Virus record (IMG/VR): IMGVR_UViG_3300049982_000183
Span: 1 to 30,498 of that record
DNA: 30,498 nt
Origin: a virus
Taxonomy: Duplodnaviria > Caudoviricetes
Strand: one strand, 5' to 3'
The notes below the pieces were generated by a model, which searched no databases, was not told the origin of the DNA, and saw only the letters and a list, made by a program, of their open reading frames with translations. Each line of letters starts with the position of its first letter. Position 1 is the stretch's first letter. Shown here piece by piece: positions 1 through 7,450 of the stretch. Position numbers and translations under genes: made by a program.

Positions 1-175
1 TGAGGGGGTCGGGGGCGCGGGTGACGTCGTAGATCTCCGGCTGCATCGAGTTGCGGAGGTACCAGTCCTTCTCGGCTTCGGTGTCGGCGTAGTAGGGCTG
101 GGGCCGGGTGGCCATGGTTTCCCAGCCCTTGACGGAGATCAGCCAGCCGAGGGGTTCGGACGCCTCTTCGCTCAT
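1..175 (-). CDS. Hypothetical phage protein, 3' end beyond the window
   Basis: ATG at 175 reads MSEEASEPLGWLISVKGWETMATRPQPYY... and stays open to the window edge. GC3-rich codons and a promoter lies just upstream. Confidence 0.6.
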   Translation of the reverse strand, partial: MSEEASEPLGWLISVKGWETMATRPQPYYADTEAEKDWYLRNSMQPEIYDVTRAPDPL

Positions 176-182
176 GTGTTCG

Positions 183-211
183 ACGGTATGAGCGGTCTTG
201 AGGTGCGTCAA
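183..211 (-). promoter_or_regulatory. Leftward sigma70-type promoter, probably leaderless
   Basis: Minus strand reads TTGACG-17 bp-TACCGT, then 7 nt to the ATG at 175. No Shine-Dalgarno sequence. Confidence 0.6.
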
Positions 212-225
212 GCCGTGATGCTCTC

Positions 226-268
226 GTGACTTGTCAGCTTCCTTTTTGGAAGTTAAACTTCGGTTATG
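226..268 (+). promoter_or_regulatory. Rightward leaderless promoter with a palindromic operator in the spacer
   Basis: TTGTCA (231-236), 17 bp, TAAACT (254-259), 6 nt, ATG (266). The spacer holds CTTCC-TTTTT-GGAAG (238-252). 30/43 nt identical to the cro promoter. Confidence 0.8.
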
Positions 269-619
269 GAAATCGAGACGGTCACCCCGAAGCCCCAGTG
301 CAAGCGCTGCCACCGCACGCTCCGCTCGGCCGACTCGATTGCCCGCGGCATGGGCCGCCACTGCGCCCGCAAGGACCGTCAGGAGCAGGCCGCCCGGCTG
401 ATCCTCGCCACCTACACCCAGGTCCAGGTGGCCAAGGTCGTCGAGCTGCTCACCGACGGCGGCGTGCAGCGCGTCGACCGCACCACCTGGCTCGCCGTCG
501 CCTCCAATGGCATCGACCGCTACGAGGTCAGCACCGCGCACGCCAGCTGCACCTGCAAGGCCGGACAGAACGGCCGCCAGTGCTACCACCTCGCCGCCGC
601 CCAGCTCTCCGCCGCCTGA
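266..619 (+). CDS. DUF6011-like zinc finger fused to a SWIM zinc finger
   Basis: N-terminal CKRCHRTLRSADSIARGMGRHC matches the DUF6011 pattern. C-terminal CTCKAGQNGRQCYH matches SWIM CxCx(n)CxH. Confidence 0.8.
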   Translation: MEIETVTPKPQCKRCHRTLRSADSIARGMGRHCARKDRQEQAARLILATYTQVQVAKVVELLTDGGVQRVDRTTWLAVASNGIDRYEVSTAHASCTCKAGQNGRQCYHLAAAQLSAA

Positions 620-621
620 CC

Positions 622-649
622 GTCCACACCAGACAGGAGAACGACCATG
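622..649 (+). repeat. Start-associated leader repeat, copy 1
   Basis: GTCCACACCAGACAGGAGAACGACCATG is 25/28 identical to 1097-1124. Confidence 0.7.
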
Positions 650-1033
650 ACCGAGACGCCGCACAACTGGCCCGCCTACTACCACGATCTGACCACCCAC
701 GAGCTGATCGCGCGGACCTACAGCCTGCGGATGGCCGCGAAGTGGGGCCACGCGCTGGAGCAGGCCGAGCGGTTCGCGGCGCTGGAAGCCGAGCAGAACC
801 GGCGGTGCGTGGGCAACGGTGAGGAAGCGCACCGCTCCGCCCTGGTCGAGCACGCCGAGCGCGGGCACACGCGGCCGCTCAGGTCCTGGTCGGACTCGAT
901 GCTGCGCGACGAGCTGCGCAACATCGCCCGCGCGCTCCAGGCCGATGACGGCGAGCACTACGACTCGCTGATGAGCCAGGACCGCATGGTCCGCAACGAG
1001 ATCACGTTCCGCGGCGCGGTGTCGTCGTTCTGA
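647..1033 (+). CDS. Hypothetical protein (128 aa)
   Basis: AGGAG RBS, GC3-rich ORF, second gene of the rightward operon. Confidence 0.8.
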   Translation: MTETPHNWPAYYHDLTTHELIARTYSLRMAAKWGHALEQAERFAALEAEQNRRCVGNGEEAHRSALVEHAERGHTRPLRSWSDSMLRDELRNIARALQADDGEHYDSLMSQDRMVRNEITFRGAVSSF

Positions 1034-1096
1034 TCTTCCGCCCCCGCCGTGTGTAGGCGCCGCCGGTCCGCGACCGAGCGGGGGCACTCACCCACA

Positions 1097-1124
1097 GTCC
1101 ACATCAGACAGGAGAGCCACCATG
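1097..1124 (+). repeat. Start-associated leader repeat, copy 2
   Basis: GTCCACATCAGACAGGAGAGCCACCATG. Confidence 0.7.
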
Positions 1125-1469
1125 GCCACCACCGCCCGCTCGCTCTACACCACCGAGCAGCTCGTCGCCCGGGAGACCGCAGACCTCAACCGCATCTTCA
1201 ACTTCGCCGGGATGGACGCCACCACCGACGGGACCCGCTACGGCTCCATGGGGCGTGACGAGACCATCGCGACCGCGCGCCGTACCCAGGTCGACGTGCT
1301 GGACGTGCTGTACAACCGGGCGCAGATGGAGAACGTTGCCCGCGGCATGTCGGACCGCGAGTTGCGGGCGGCCATCGAGATCATCGACGACCTCGACGAG
1401 GGCGAGGAGCTCGGTCACGTGCAGGTCCTGTCGTTGGCGATCCTGCGCGAAGTGCTGGCGACCCGGTGA
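1122..1469 (+). CDS. Hypothetical protein (115 aa)
   Basis: AGGAG RBS and strong codon bias. Confidence 0.8.
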   Translation: MATTARSLYTTEQLVARETADLNRIFNFAGMDATTDGTRYGSMGRDETIATARRTQVDVLDVLYNRAQMENVARGMSDRELRAAIEIIDDLDEGEELGHVQVLSLAILREVLATR

Positions 1470-1612
1470 GCAGGCCCGACCCGCGCGACGAGTTGCTGGC
1501 CGCGATGTTCGCGGCCTGGCGCGCGGACATCGACTCCGAGCCGTTGCGGACGTTCGAGGACGCCGTGCAGCGCCGCGAGCACTCGACTGGCCAGGAATTG
1601 TCCAGTTTTTGA
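1466..1612 (+). CDS. Small hypothetical protein (48 aa)
   Basis: GTGA overlap with the upstream stop. Reads MSRPDPRDELLAAMFAAWRADIDSEPLRTFEDAVQRR... Confidence 0.6.
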   Translation: MSRPDPRDELLAAMFAAWRADIDSEPLRTFEDAVQRREHSTGQELSSF

Positions 1613-1631
1613 CCTACCAGGAAGGAACGAC

Positions 1632-1706
1632 GTGAACGACCAGCCCGTGACGCACTGCCCGCTGTGCCGGAAGCCGTGGTCGCAGTGCACCTGCGGCGGC
1701 CGGTAG
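1632..1706 (+). CDS. 24-aa Cys4 microprotein
   Basis: AGGAAGGA RBS. MNDQPVTHCPLCRKPWSQCTCGGR. Stops just before the terminator. Confidence 0.55.
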   Translation: MNDQPVTHCPLCRKPWSQCTCGGR

Positions 1707-1716
1707 CCGCTCGACC

Positions 1717-1753
1717 ACGAAGCCCCCTCCCGGCCTACGGAAGGGGGCTTCGT
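1717..1753. terminator. Probable bidirectional terminator between convergent operons
   Basis: Inverted repeat ACGAAGCCCCCT...AGGGGGCTTCGT lies between stops at 1706 (+) and 1780 (-). Confidence 0.75.
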
Positions 1754-1779
1754 CGCGGAGCGCATCCGCGCGGCGCACG

Positions 1780-1920
1780 CTACGGGGTAGCCGGGGAAAG
1801 GCCACCCTGCGCGCTGATCTTGGTCACGCAGCCGGGGCAGAGGATGCCGCCAGGCCCGGCCGGGGCGGTGCCGCACTTCGAGCAGTTCACGGAGTTGGTG
1901 GTGTCGTCCATGCTGGTCAT
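1780..1920 (-). CDS. Small zinc-ribbon protein (46 aa)
   Basis: ATGA overlap with the upstream gene. MTSMDDTTNSVNCSKCGTAPAGPGGILCPGCVTKI... Confidence 0.6.
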   Translation of the reverse strand: MTSMDDTTNSVNCSKCGTAPAGPGGILCPGCVTKISAQGGLSPATP

Positions 1921-2798
1921 CCTGCCTCACCGAGCAGCCGGCCGCGGTAGCGCTCGTACGAGGTGAGCGCGTCCGCGCGCAGCACCAGCCGCCGTGCCCG
2001 CGTCCCGCTGGTCTGCCACCGGTCCTTGGACGCCCACCGCCACAACGTCCCCACTGGCACCCCCAGCTCGGCGGACAGGTGCGCGTAGTCCGCCCACGGG
2101 TCGCCGAGCTCGTGCCAGCGCGCGCGGGGCCACACGTACCCGCAGCCCCCGCAGCGGATCTCGGCGTCGTCGGGCCGCACCCGCAGCGACGTCCCGCAGG
2201 AGAGGGGCAGCTCACCGCCGTCGGGCAGGTCCTCGATGTCCGTCACGACCGGGCACTTGCCGATCCGGATGGCCGGCGGGTTCATGCGGCGCACGTACTC
2301 CAGGCCGTTGATGACCTCGTCGACGTCGGCGCAGAACCGCAGCACGGTGGGGTAGGCCATGAGCCAGTCCCAGTGGAACCGGATGGTGGCCAGTTCCCGC
2401 GCCATCGAGATCCGGCCGGCGGGGACGGTGGCGCGGAGCTTGGCCGGGGCGGTGTCGAGCGAGCGTTCCTCGCGGATCAGGCGGGCCCAGGAGGCGATGG
2501 TGGCGAGCGCGGCCGGGTGGTCGCCGACGCGGGCGTGGCTGCGGGGGTCGGAGTGGACGAGCAGCGCGTCCACCGCGGGGCTCCTGGAGCCCGGCACCGA
2601 GCGGCCGCCGGTGCTGTCCGGCGACCCGGACGGGGTGAGTTCGTCGACGTCCTGCAGGCCTTCGTAGAGCTGGCCGAGGTAGTCGACGGCCTTGCGGACC
2701 TGTGCGCTGCAGGAGGGGCAGCACAGGAGCCCGGGGGCGGCGAGGATCTGCTCGCCGCCCCGGTCGGTGTGCTGGAACACGCATGGTCGCGGGCTCAT
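1917..2798 (-). CDS. Zn-binding protein with a C-terminal HTH, putative (late) transcription regulator
   Basis: Start MSPRPCVF at 2798 (ATGA overlap). CCPSC and GKCP...CGT...CGGCG motifs. C-terminal LSAELGVPVGTLWRWAS is HTH-like. Sits at the end of the early operon. Confidence 0.65.
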   Translation of the reverse strand: MSPRPCVFQHTDRGGEQILAAPGLLCCPSCSAQVRKAVDYLGQLYEGLQDVDELTPSGSPDSTGGRSVPGSRSPAVDALLVHSDPRSHARVGDHPAALATIASWARLIREERSLDTAPAKLRATVPAGRISMARELATIRFHWDWLMAYPTVLRFCADVDEVINGLEYVRRMNPPAIRIGKCPVVTDIEDLPDGGELPLSCGTSLRVRPDDAEIRCGGCGYVWPRARWHELGDPWADYAHLSAELGVPVGTLWRWASKDRWQTSGTRARRLVLRADALTSYERYRGRLLGEAG

Positions 2799-3067
2799 GG
2801 CGAGGTGCCTCCCGGGTCGTCGTCCTGCGTGATGAGCCCGAGCGCGGTCATCCTCACGAACCCGGCTGCGTCGGCGACGACCTGCAGCTGCTCGTCGTCG
2901 AGCCGTTCGAGCGCCTCGGCGGCCGCGGTCGGCTGGTCCTGCACGGCCCACCCGATCGAGGCCTGCGCCGCGGTGAGCTTGCTCAGGTTGCTGAGCGATT
3001 CGGCGAGCTGGCGGCCGATCTGGTCGAACGCGCGGCGGCCGGAGCCCTGCCGGCGGCGGGGCGTCAC
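2795..3067 (-). CDS. Hypothetical protein (90 aa)
   Basis: GTGA/ATGA overlaps at both ends, helical acidic sequence. Confidence 0.65.
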   Translation of the reverse strand: MTPRRRQGSGRRAFDQIGRQLAESLSNLSKLTAAQASIGWAVQDQPTAAAEALERLDDEQLQVVADAAGFVRMTALGLITQDDDPGGTSP

Positions 3068-3540
3068 GCCTTCGCCTCGAGGGCGCGGCGCCGCGCGTCC
3101 CATCCGGCGCACAGGAACGCCGGGGTGCCGTCGACCTTGAGCGGCACGCCGTCCACGATCGGCGGTGCGTAGTCCGCAGGGTGCCCGTCGACGACCGCGC
3201 CGGACGGGTGCTCCCACCGGAGGATGCGGCGCATGTTCTGGTGGCAGTAGAACGGCTTGCCGCCCTCGGCGAGCATCTCCAGTTCCTGCGCGTCGCCGCG
3301 GTGCTCGGCGTCGCCGGTCTTCTCGGGGCTGCCGGGGCGGTAGGCGCAGTCGCCGCACAGCCCCGGTCGCACGGACGGCGTCATGTCGTCGATGGGGTCG
3401 GCCTGGCCGGGGGTGTCGTAGACGGGGCGCCAGCACGAGCAGTCGCCGGAGCCGTAGACGGCGGCGCGGTAGCAGCAGTTGAGGCCGAGGTCGGGGAAGT
3501 CGGGGCGGGGCTCGTCGATCCCGCAGATGATGTTGCTCAT
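3064..3540 (-). CDS. Cys-rich hypothetical phage protein (158 aa)
   Basis: CC..CSC, CGDCAYRPGS, FYCH and CAGW motifs. Coupled start and stop. Confidence 0.7.
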   Translation of the reverse strand: MSNIICGIDEPRPDFPDLGLNCCYRAAVYGSGDCSCWRPVYDTPGQADPIDDMTPSVRPGLCGDCAYRPGSPEKTGDAEHRGDAQELEMLAEGGKPFYCHQNMRRILRWEHPSGAVVDGHPADYAPPIVDGVPLKVDGTPAFLCAGWDARRRALEAKA

Positions 3541-3710
3541 CGGGCACCGTCCTTGGTGACGCCGGCGAGCACCGCGCCGAGGATGAGCAGGGCGGTGCCG
3601 GTGACGGCGAGCCGCCATTCGCCGAGCCAGAGCCAGCCGAGCAGTCCGGCGACGAACAGGCCGAATCCGGCGGCGACGGGGACCTTGAGGGGCTTGGGGT
3701 TGGCGGTCAC
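3537..3710 (-). CDS. Small 2-TM membrane protein (57 aa, not in the ORF track)
   Basis: MTANPKPLKVPVAAGFGLFVAGLLGWLWLGEWRLAVTGTALLILGAVLAGVTKDGAR fills the operon gap exactly. GGAGG upstream. Confidence 0.7.
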   Translation of the reverse strand: MTANPKPLKVPVAAGFGLFVAGLLGWLWLGEWRLAVTGTALLILGAVLAGVTKDGAR

Positions 3711-3711
3711 G

Positions 3712-3957
3712 TCAGGCCTCCAGGTCGATGATCATGCGGCTGGTGGTGAGGAACAGGTGGCCGTCCGGGGTGGTGATCTCGAACAGCGTTTGCGTGAACG
3801 GCCGGATGGGCTCGTCGTCGTCGGTGGCGGCTGGATCGCCGGGGTGGCGGATGACGTGGCGGGTGACCACGGTGCCGTCGGCGAACCGGGCGGTGTCGAC
3901 GGTCATGTCGGGAACGGTGGCGGCCGCGGCGATCGCGGCGGCGATGGTGTCGTGCAT
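3712..3957 (-). CDS. Hypothetical protein (81 aa)
   Basis: AGGAG RBS and operon context. Confidence 0.65.
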   Translation of the reverse strand: MHDTIAAAIAAAATVPDMTVDTARFADGTVVTRHVIRHPGDPAATDDDEPIRPFTQTLFEITTPDGHLFLTTSRMIIDLEA

Positions 3958-3978
3958 GGGCGCTCCTGCGGGGTGGGG

Positions 3979-4263
3979 TCAGCGGGCGAAGAGGCGACGG
4001 AGGGCGCGCCGTACGCGGCCGGGCCGAGTGTGCGGTTCGAAGGTGACCCAGTCCGGTTCCGGCGGCGCGGCGACCGCGGCGTTGTGGCGTTCGACGATGT
4101 CGGCCAGCCGGGCAGCCGACCGGCGTGCTTCCTCTCGCAATGCGGGGGACCACGTGACCTCGTAGACACCGGGCTCGGTGACGGTGAACGTGTCGCCCTC
4201 GGCGAGTGCGGCGTCGATGCGGGCGATGGTGTCGGCCAACGACGGCCGCTTCGGCGCGGTCAT
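3979..4263 (-). CDS. Hypothetical protein (94 aa)
   Basis: ATGA overlap and codon bias. Confidence 0.65.
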   Translation of the reverse strand: MTAPKRPSLADTIARIDAALAEGDTFTVTEPGVYEVTWSPALREEARRSAARLADIVERHNAAVAAPPEPDWVTFEPHTRPGRVRRALRRLFAR

Positions 4264-4562
4264 CGGCCGTCCCGGTAGGTGACGGCGAACCCGGGGATGC
4301 CGAGCCCGAAGTCCGGGTCCGACGACGCTGGCCGGATCGGGGCGCGCAGCTCGGCCTCGTCGGGGCTCACCGCGGGCCGGTCCGCGAGCAGGCCCGCCGG
4401 GCAGCCGATGAACCGGAACGGCTCACCGCAGTCCAGGCACCTGATGGTGATCTCGGCGTTGTAGGCGTCGATGGGGCCACCCTCGACGTTGCTCAGGCGG
4501 TTGATGACGGCCTGCACGTCGAAGTTCATGTGCGGGCACGCGCGGTCGGGGTTGGCGGTCAT
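4260..4562 (-). CDS. Hypothetical phage protein with CxxC (100 aa)
   Basis: AGGAG RBS. MTANPDRACPH...IRCLDCGEPFRFIG. Confidence 0.7.
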   Translation of the reverse strand: MTANPDRACPHMNFDVQAVINRLSNVEGGPIDAYNAEITIRCLDCGEPFRFIGCPAGLLADRPAVSPDEAELRAPIRPASSDPDFGLGIPGFAVTYRDGR

Positions 4563-4909
4563 CGGGTTCTCCTGAGTTCGTGTTGGATGCGGCCGGATAG
4601 CCAGTCGGACGGCCGCCAGATCCCGCCGTAGTCGCCGAGCGCCTCCAGCCAGATCACCTGCCCCGGCGACGTCTTGCCCTTCTCCCGCTTGAGTTCCCGC
4701 AGCAGCACGACACCGTCGCGGGCCAAGCACAGGTCCGGGAAACCGGGCTGGCCCTTGATCGCGGTACGCCACTCGCCGTCCTTCGTGCGGGCCGGCCGGT
4801 GGTGGACGACAACCCAGCCGAGGAACTGCGCAGCCTCGATCACGGCGTCTTCGAGCTCATCCTCGGACATGGCCCTCGCGACGGCGGCCCGGTAGCCGGC
4901 GCCGTTCAT
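4559..4909 (-). CDS. VRR-NUC domain endonuclease (putative resolvase)
   Basis: SEDELE...GFPDL...LLRELK..KGKTSPGQ..WL matches the PD-(D/E)xK VRR-NUC signature. Confidence 0.85.
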   Translation of the reverse strand: MNGAGYRAAVARAMSEDELEDAVIEAAQFLGWVVVHHRPARTKDGEWRTAIKGQPGFPDLCLARDGVVLLRELKREKGKTSPGQVIWLEALGDYGGIWRPSDWLSGRIQHELRRTR

Positions 4910-5091
4910 GCCCACGTCCACGGGAGCTCGGCGCGGAGGAAGGCCCAGGCGGTGAGCACGGTCAGGACGTCGGAGCCGCGGAGCAGTACGAGGGTGGCGA
5001 GGGTGAGCACGACCATGGAGACGTCGATCTTGGCGGCGGTTTCGAGGTGCCTCCAGCGGGTGTCCTCTGTGGACTTCTCCGGCTCAGCCAC
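4906..5091 (-). CDS. Small membrane protein (61 aa)
   Basis: GGAGG RBS, hydrophobic C-terminal half, coupled to neighbours. Confidence 0.6.
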   Translation of the reverse strand: MAEPEKSTEDTRWRHLETAAKIDVSMVVLTLATLVLLRGSDVLTVLTAWAFLRAELPWTWA

Positions 5092-5593
5092 CGGGCACCT
5101 CCTCCATCGCGGGGAGGGCCTGCACGTGGCCGCACGGCACGCACTGTGCCTTGCGCGGCCAGCCTTCGTGCTCGGGTCCAGCGCGCCAGCCGACCCACCG
5201 GTCGCTGCTGCATCGGGTGCACGACCACGTCTCGGGCGCGGGCGGGGCGCTGTCGATGATGCTGGTGATGCGGGCCACGACGTTGACCTCTGTGCCGGTG
5301 TCGGCGTCGGCGTCGTAGTGGGCGGCCAGCACGGCGCGGATCTGGTCAATGCGGCCCTGCAGCTCGGCCACGCGCGGCACCAGCTCGTGCCGCGCGGCGA
5401 AGTCCGCCAGCTGCCACGCCTCGCTGATCAGCTCGGCGATCAGGTGGTGCTCGGTGCCGGCCGCGTTCTGCACGAGCTGCGCACGGTGAAGGCCGTGCTT
5501 CTCCAGCAGTTCGGCGACCGTCGTGGGCGCCTTGACGTGCTGCAGGACCGTCGTGCCGTCGAGGTCCACGTAGGACTTCCAGTCATCAGCCAT
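5084..5593 (-). CDS. Hypothetical protein with a C-terminal zinc ribbon (169 aa)
   Basis: GGAGG RBS. CTRC...CVPCG. Confidence 0.7.
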   Translation of the reverse strand: MADDWKSYVDLDGTTVLQHVKAPTTVAELLEKHGLHRAQLVQNAAGTEHHLIAELISEAWQLADFAARHELVPRVAELQGRIDQIRAVLAAHYDADADTGTEVNVVARITSIIDSAPPAPETWSCTRCSSDRWVGWRAGPEHEGWPRKAQCVPCGHVQALPAMEEVPGG

Positions 5594-5795
5594 TGGCGGC
5601 CTCCCGCGGGTTGTCGGCGTACCACTGCATGGCGTCGCCCATGGCTTCGAGGTGGGCGGCGCGGTCGCGGCCGTAGTTGCCGGTGATGGCGCGACGGAGG
5701 TCGGTGGGGAGCCGGTACCAGTCGGCGCGGCAGGCGAACATGTGCGTGAAGACCTGGCGGCCGCACTGGCCGGGACAGGCGTGGGTGGTGGCCAC
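5586..5795 (-). CDS. Small Zn-binding protein (69 aa)
   Basis: GAGGAGG RBS. HACPGQCG...FACRADWYRLP. Confidence 0.65.
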   Translation of the reverse strand: MATTHACPGQCGRQVFTHMFACRADWYRLPTDLRRAITGNYGRDRAAHLEAMGDAMQWYADNPREAANG

Positions 5796-6748
5796 TAGTC
5801 CTCCTCGCTGTGCCAGCAGCTGTCTTCGGGGCCGTTGCCGCAGCCCGCTCCGCAGCGATCGTCGTCGTGGGGTTCGGCCGGCCAGTCGGCGGCGGCGCGG
5901 GTTTCCTGCGCCTCGTCGGGCCCGGGGTCGGGTCGGCCGCATCGGCAGCCGTCGGCGCAGCACATCGGCTTCGGGTCTTCAGGGTCGCCGGAGACGTCGT
6001 GGATGAACGAGGGGTGTTCGCAGGGCGGGTTGTTCGGGCAGCGGCCCCATGGGGTCGGTGTGGCCGCCGAGGCGGGGTACGCCTCGGCGAGGTGCTGCTT
6101 GCAGAGCCCGTCGCCGAACGGGTCGAAAGCGGTGCGTGGCGCGGCGCACTTCGAGCACCGGCCGTCGTCGGCGGGTTCGTCGTCGGGGAGGGCGCAGCAG
6201 CCGGGCGGCAGCTCGCCGCCGGGCTCGTAGTCGACCTCGGCGGCGATGCCGTCCTCGACGCGGACGAGCGTGCCGACGAGCCACGCTGGCGGCAGGCTCT
6301 CGCCCTTGCGGCTCGGGATGTCCGAGAGGATGTGGCCGCACCACATGCACAGCTGGCGGCGCCGTCCCTCGGCCTTGACCGGCATTCCGGCGAAGTGGAC
6401 GGCGAGCGGGGCCTCGAACGGCGACGCGTGGTCGTCCTTGCCGGTGCCTCCGCAGGCCTCGCAGTCCGGCAGCTCCAGGAACGCCTGCATGTCGTCGTTG
6501 ACGGTGTGGACGTGGCCGATCCGGAGGGTGTAGGGGGTCTCGGCGAGCTTGGCGCGGAGGGCGGCGAGCGCTTCAGCGGCTTCGGGCCTGAGTTGGCCTG
6601 AGCCGTCGTGCGCGTCCGGGGACACCGGGGCACCCGGGTTCGTGGCTCCTGGGGCGACTGGGGCGCCAGTTTCGGGGGTCTGGTGATCATCGGCCCGGGG
6701 CGTCGGGCGGGGTGTGCGGCGCACGGCGCCGGCAGCGTCGTCAGCCAC
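5795..6748 (-). CDS. Mosaic Cys-rich hypothetical protein (~317 aa)
   Basis: Several small Cys modules (CEACGG, CMWCG, CSKC..CKQH, CEHP..H..CC..C.C) joined by Pro/Asp linkers. Start uncertain. Confidence 0.6.
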   Translation of the reverse strand: MADDAAGAVRRTPRPTPRADDHQTPETGAPVAPGATNPGAPVSPDAHDGSGQLRPEAAEALAALRAKLAETPYTLRIGHVHTVNDDMQAFLELPDCEACGGTGKDDHASPFEAPLAVHFAGMPVKAEGRRRQLCMWCGHILSDIPSRKGESLPPAWLVGTLVRVEDGIAAEVDYEPGGELPPGCCALPDDEPADDGRCSKCAAPRTAFDPFGDGLCKQHLAEAYPASAATPTPWGRCPNNPPCEHPSFIHDVSGDPEDPKPMCCADGCRCGRPDPGPDEAQETRAAADWPAEPHDDDRCGAGCGNGPEDSCWHSEED

Positions 6749-7202
6749 GGTCGTACCCTGCGTGCTCCGCGTGGGTGTGCCCGCAGCCGTCCGGGCCGAG
6801 ACCACGACCGCACTTCGGGCCCTCGAACACCGGGATGATCCCGGAGGCGCAGCATGCGCACGGCAAGCCGTGCCCGCACGCCGAGCAGCCACGGCTGATC
6901 GAGCGCGTCTGCCGACCGCACTGCTGGCACTTGATCACGTCGCCGAGCACCGGCTCGTCGTCGTGCGGCCGGGACTCGGCCGCAGCGCGCCGGACCCGCT
7001 CAGCCGCAGCATCCAACGCGCCAGCCGTGCGTGCGGCACGCTCGGTGTGGGCCAAGGCGATGAAGCCGTTGCCGATCGCCGCCGCAGCCCGGGCGAACTC
7101 GGCGTCGGACACGTGGTCCTCGCACGAGTCGAGCATCTCGGCGGCCCGGTTGAGCCAACCTCGACCTTGGTGGAGGTCTTCGGAGCTGTTTGCGCTGGTC
7201 AT
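6741..7202 (-). CDS. Hypothetical protein with a Cys-rich C-terminus (153 aa)
   Basis: AGGAG RBS and ATGA overlap. Confidence 0.65.
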   Translation of the reverse strand: MTSANSSEDLHQGRGWLNRAAEMLDSCEDHVSDAEFARAAAAIGNGFIALAHTERAARTAGALDAAAERVRRAAAESRPHDDEPVLGDVIKCQQCGRQTRSISRGCSACGHGLPCACCASGIIPVFEGPKCGRGLGPDGCGHTHAEHAGYDRG

Positions 7203-7450
7203 GGGGTCTCCTGGGTTTTGGGTTCCGATGGGTTGAGGCGGCTGGGGTGCCATCCGCGGAGGTCTTTTCGGCCGCCTCGTGCTGCTCGGGTGCAGCGTTG
7301 GCCGGTGGTGGCGTGGCAGGCGGGGCAGGGGCGGGTGAGCGGGGAGGTTTCTTGCTCGATGCGGAGGTCGTGGGCGGGGACGTAGGCGGCTTCGGGGGTG
7401 TCTTGCCAGAGGCCGGCGCGGAGGTTGGCGCGTGGCTTGGGGCGGTTCAC
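7199..7450 (-). CDS. Phage zinc-finger protein (83 aa)
   Basis: CPACHA..GQRC...HPSR motif. GTGA overlap with the rep stop. Confidence 0.7.
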   Translation of the reverse strand: MNRPKPRANLRAGLWQDTPEAAYVPAHDLRIEQETSPLTRPCPACHATTGQRCTRAARGGRKDLRGWHPSRLNPSEPKTQETP

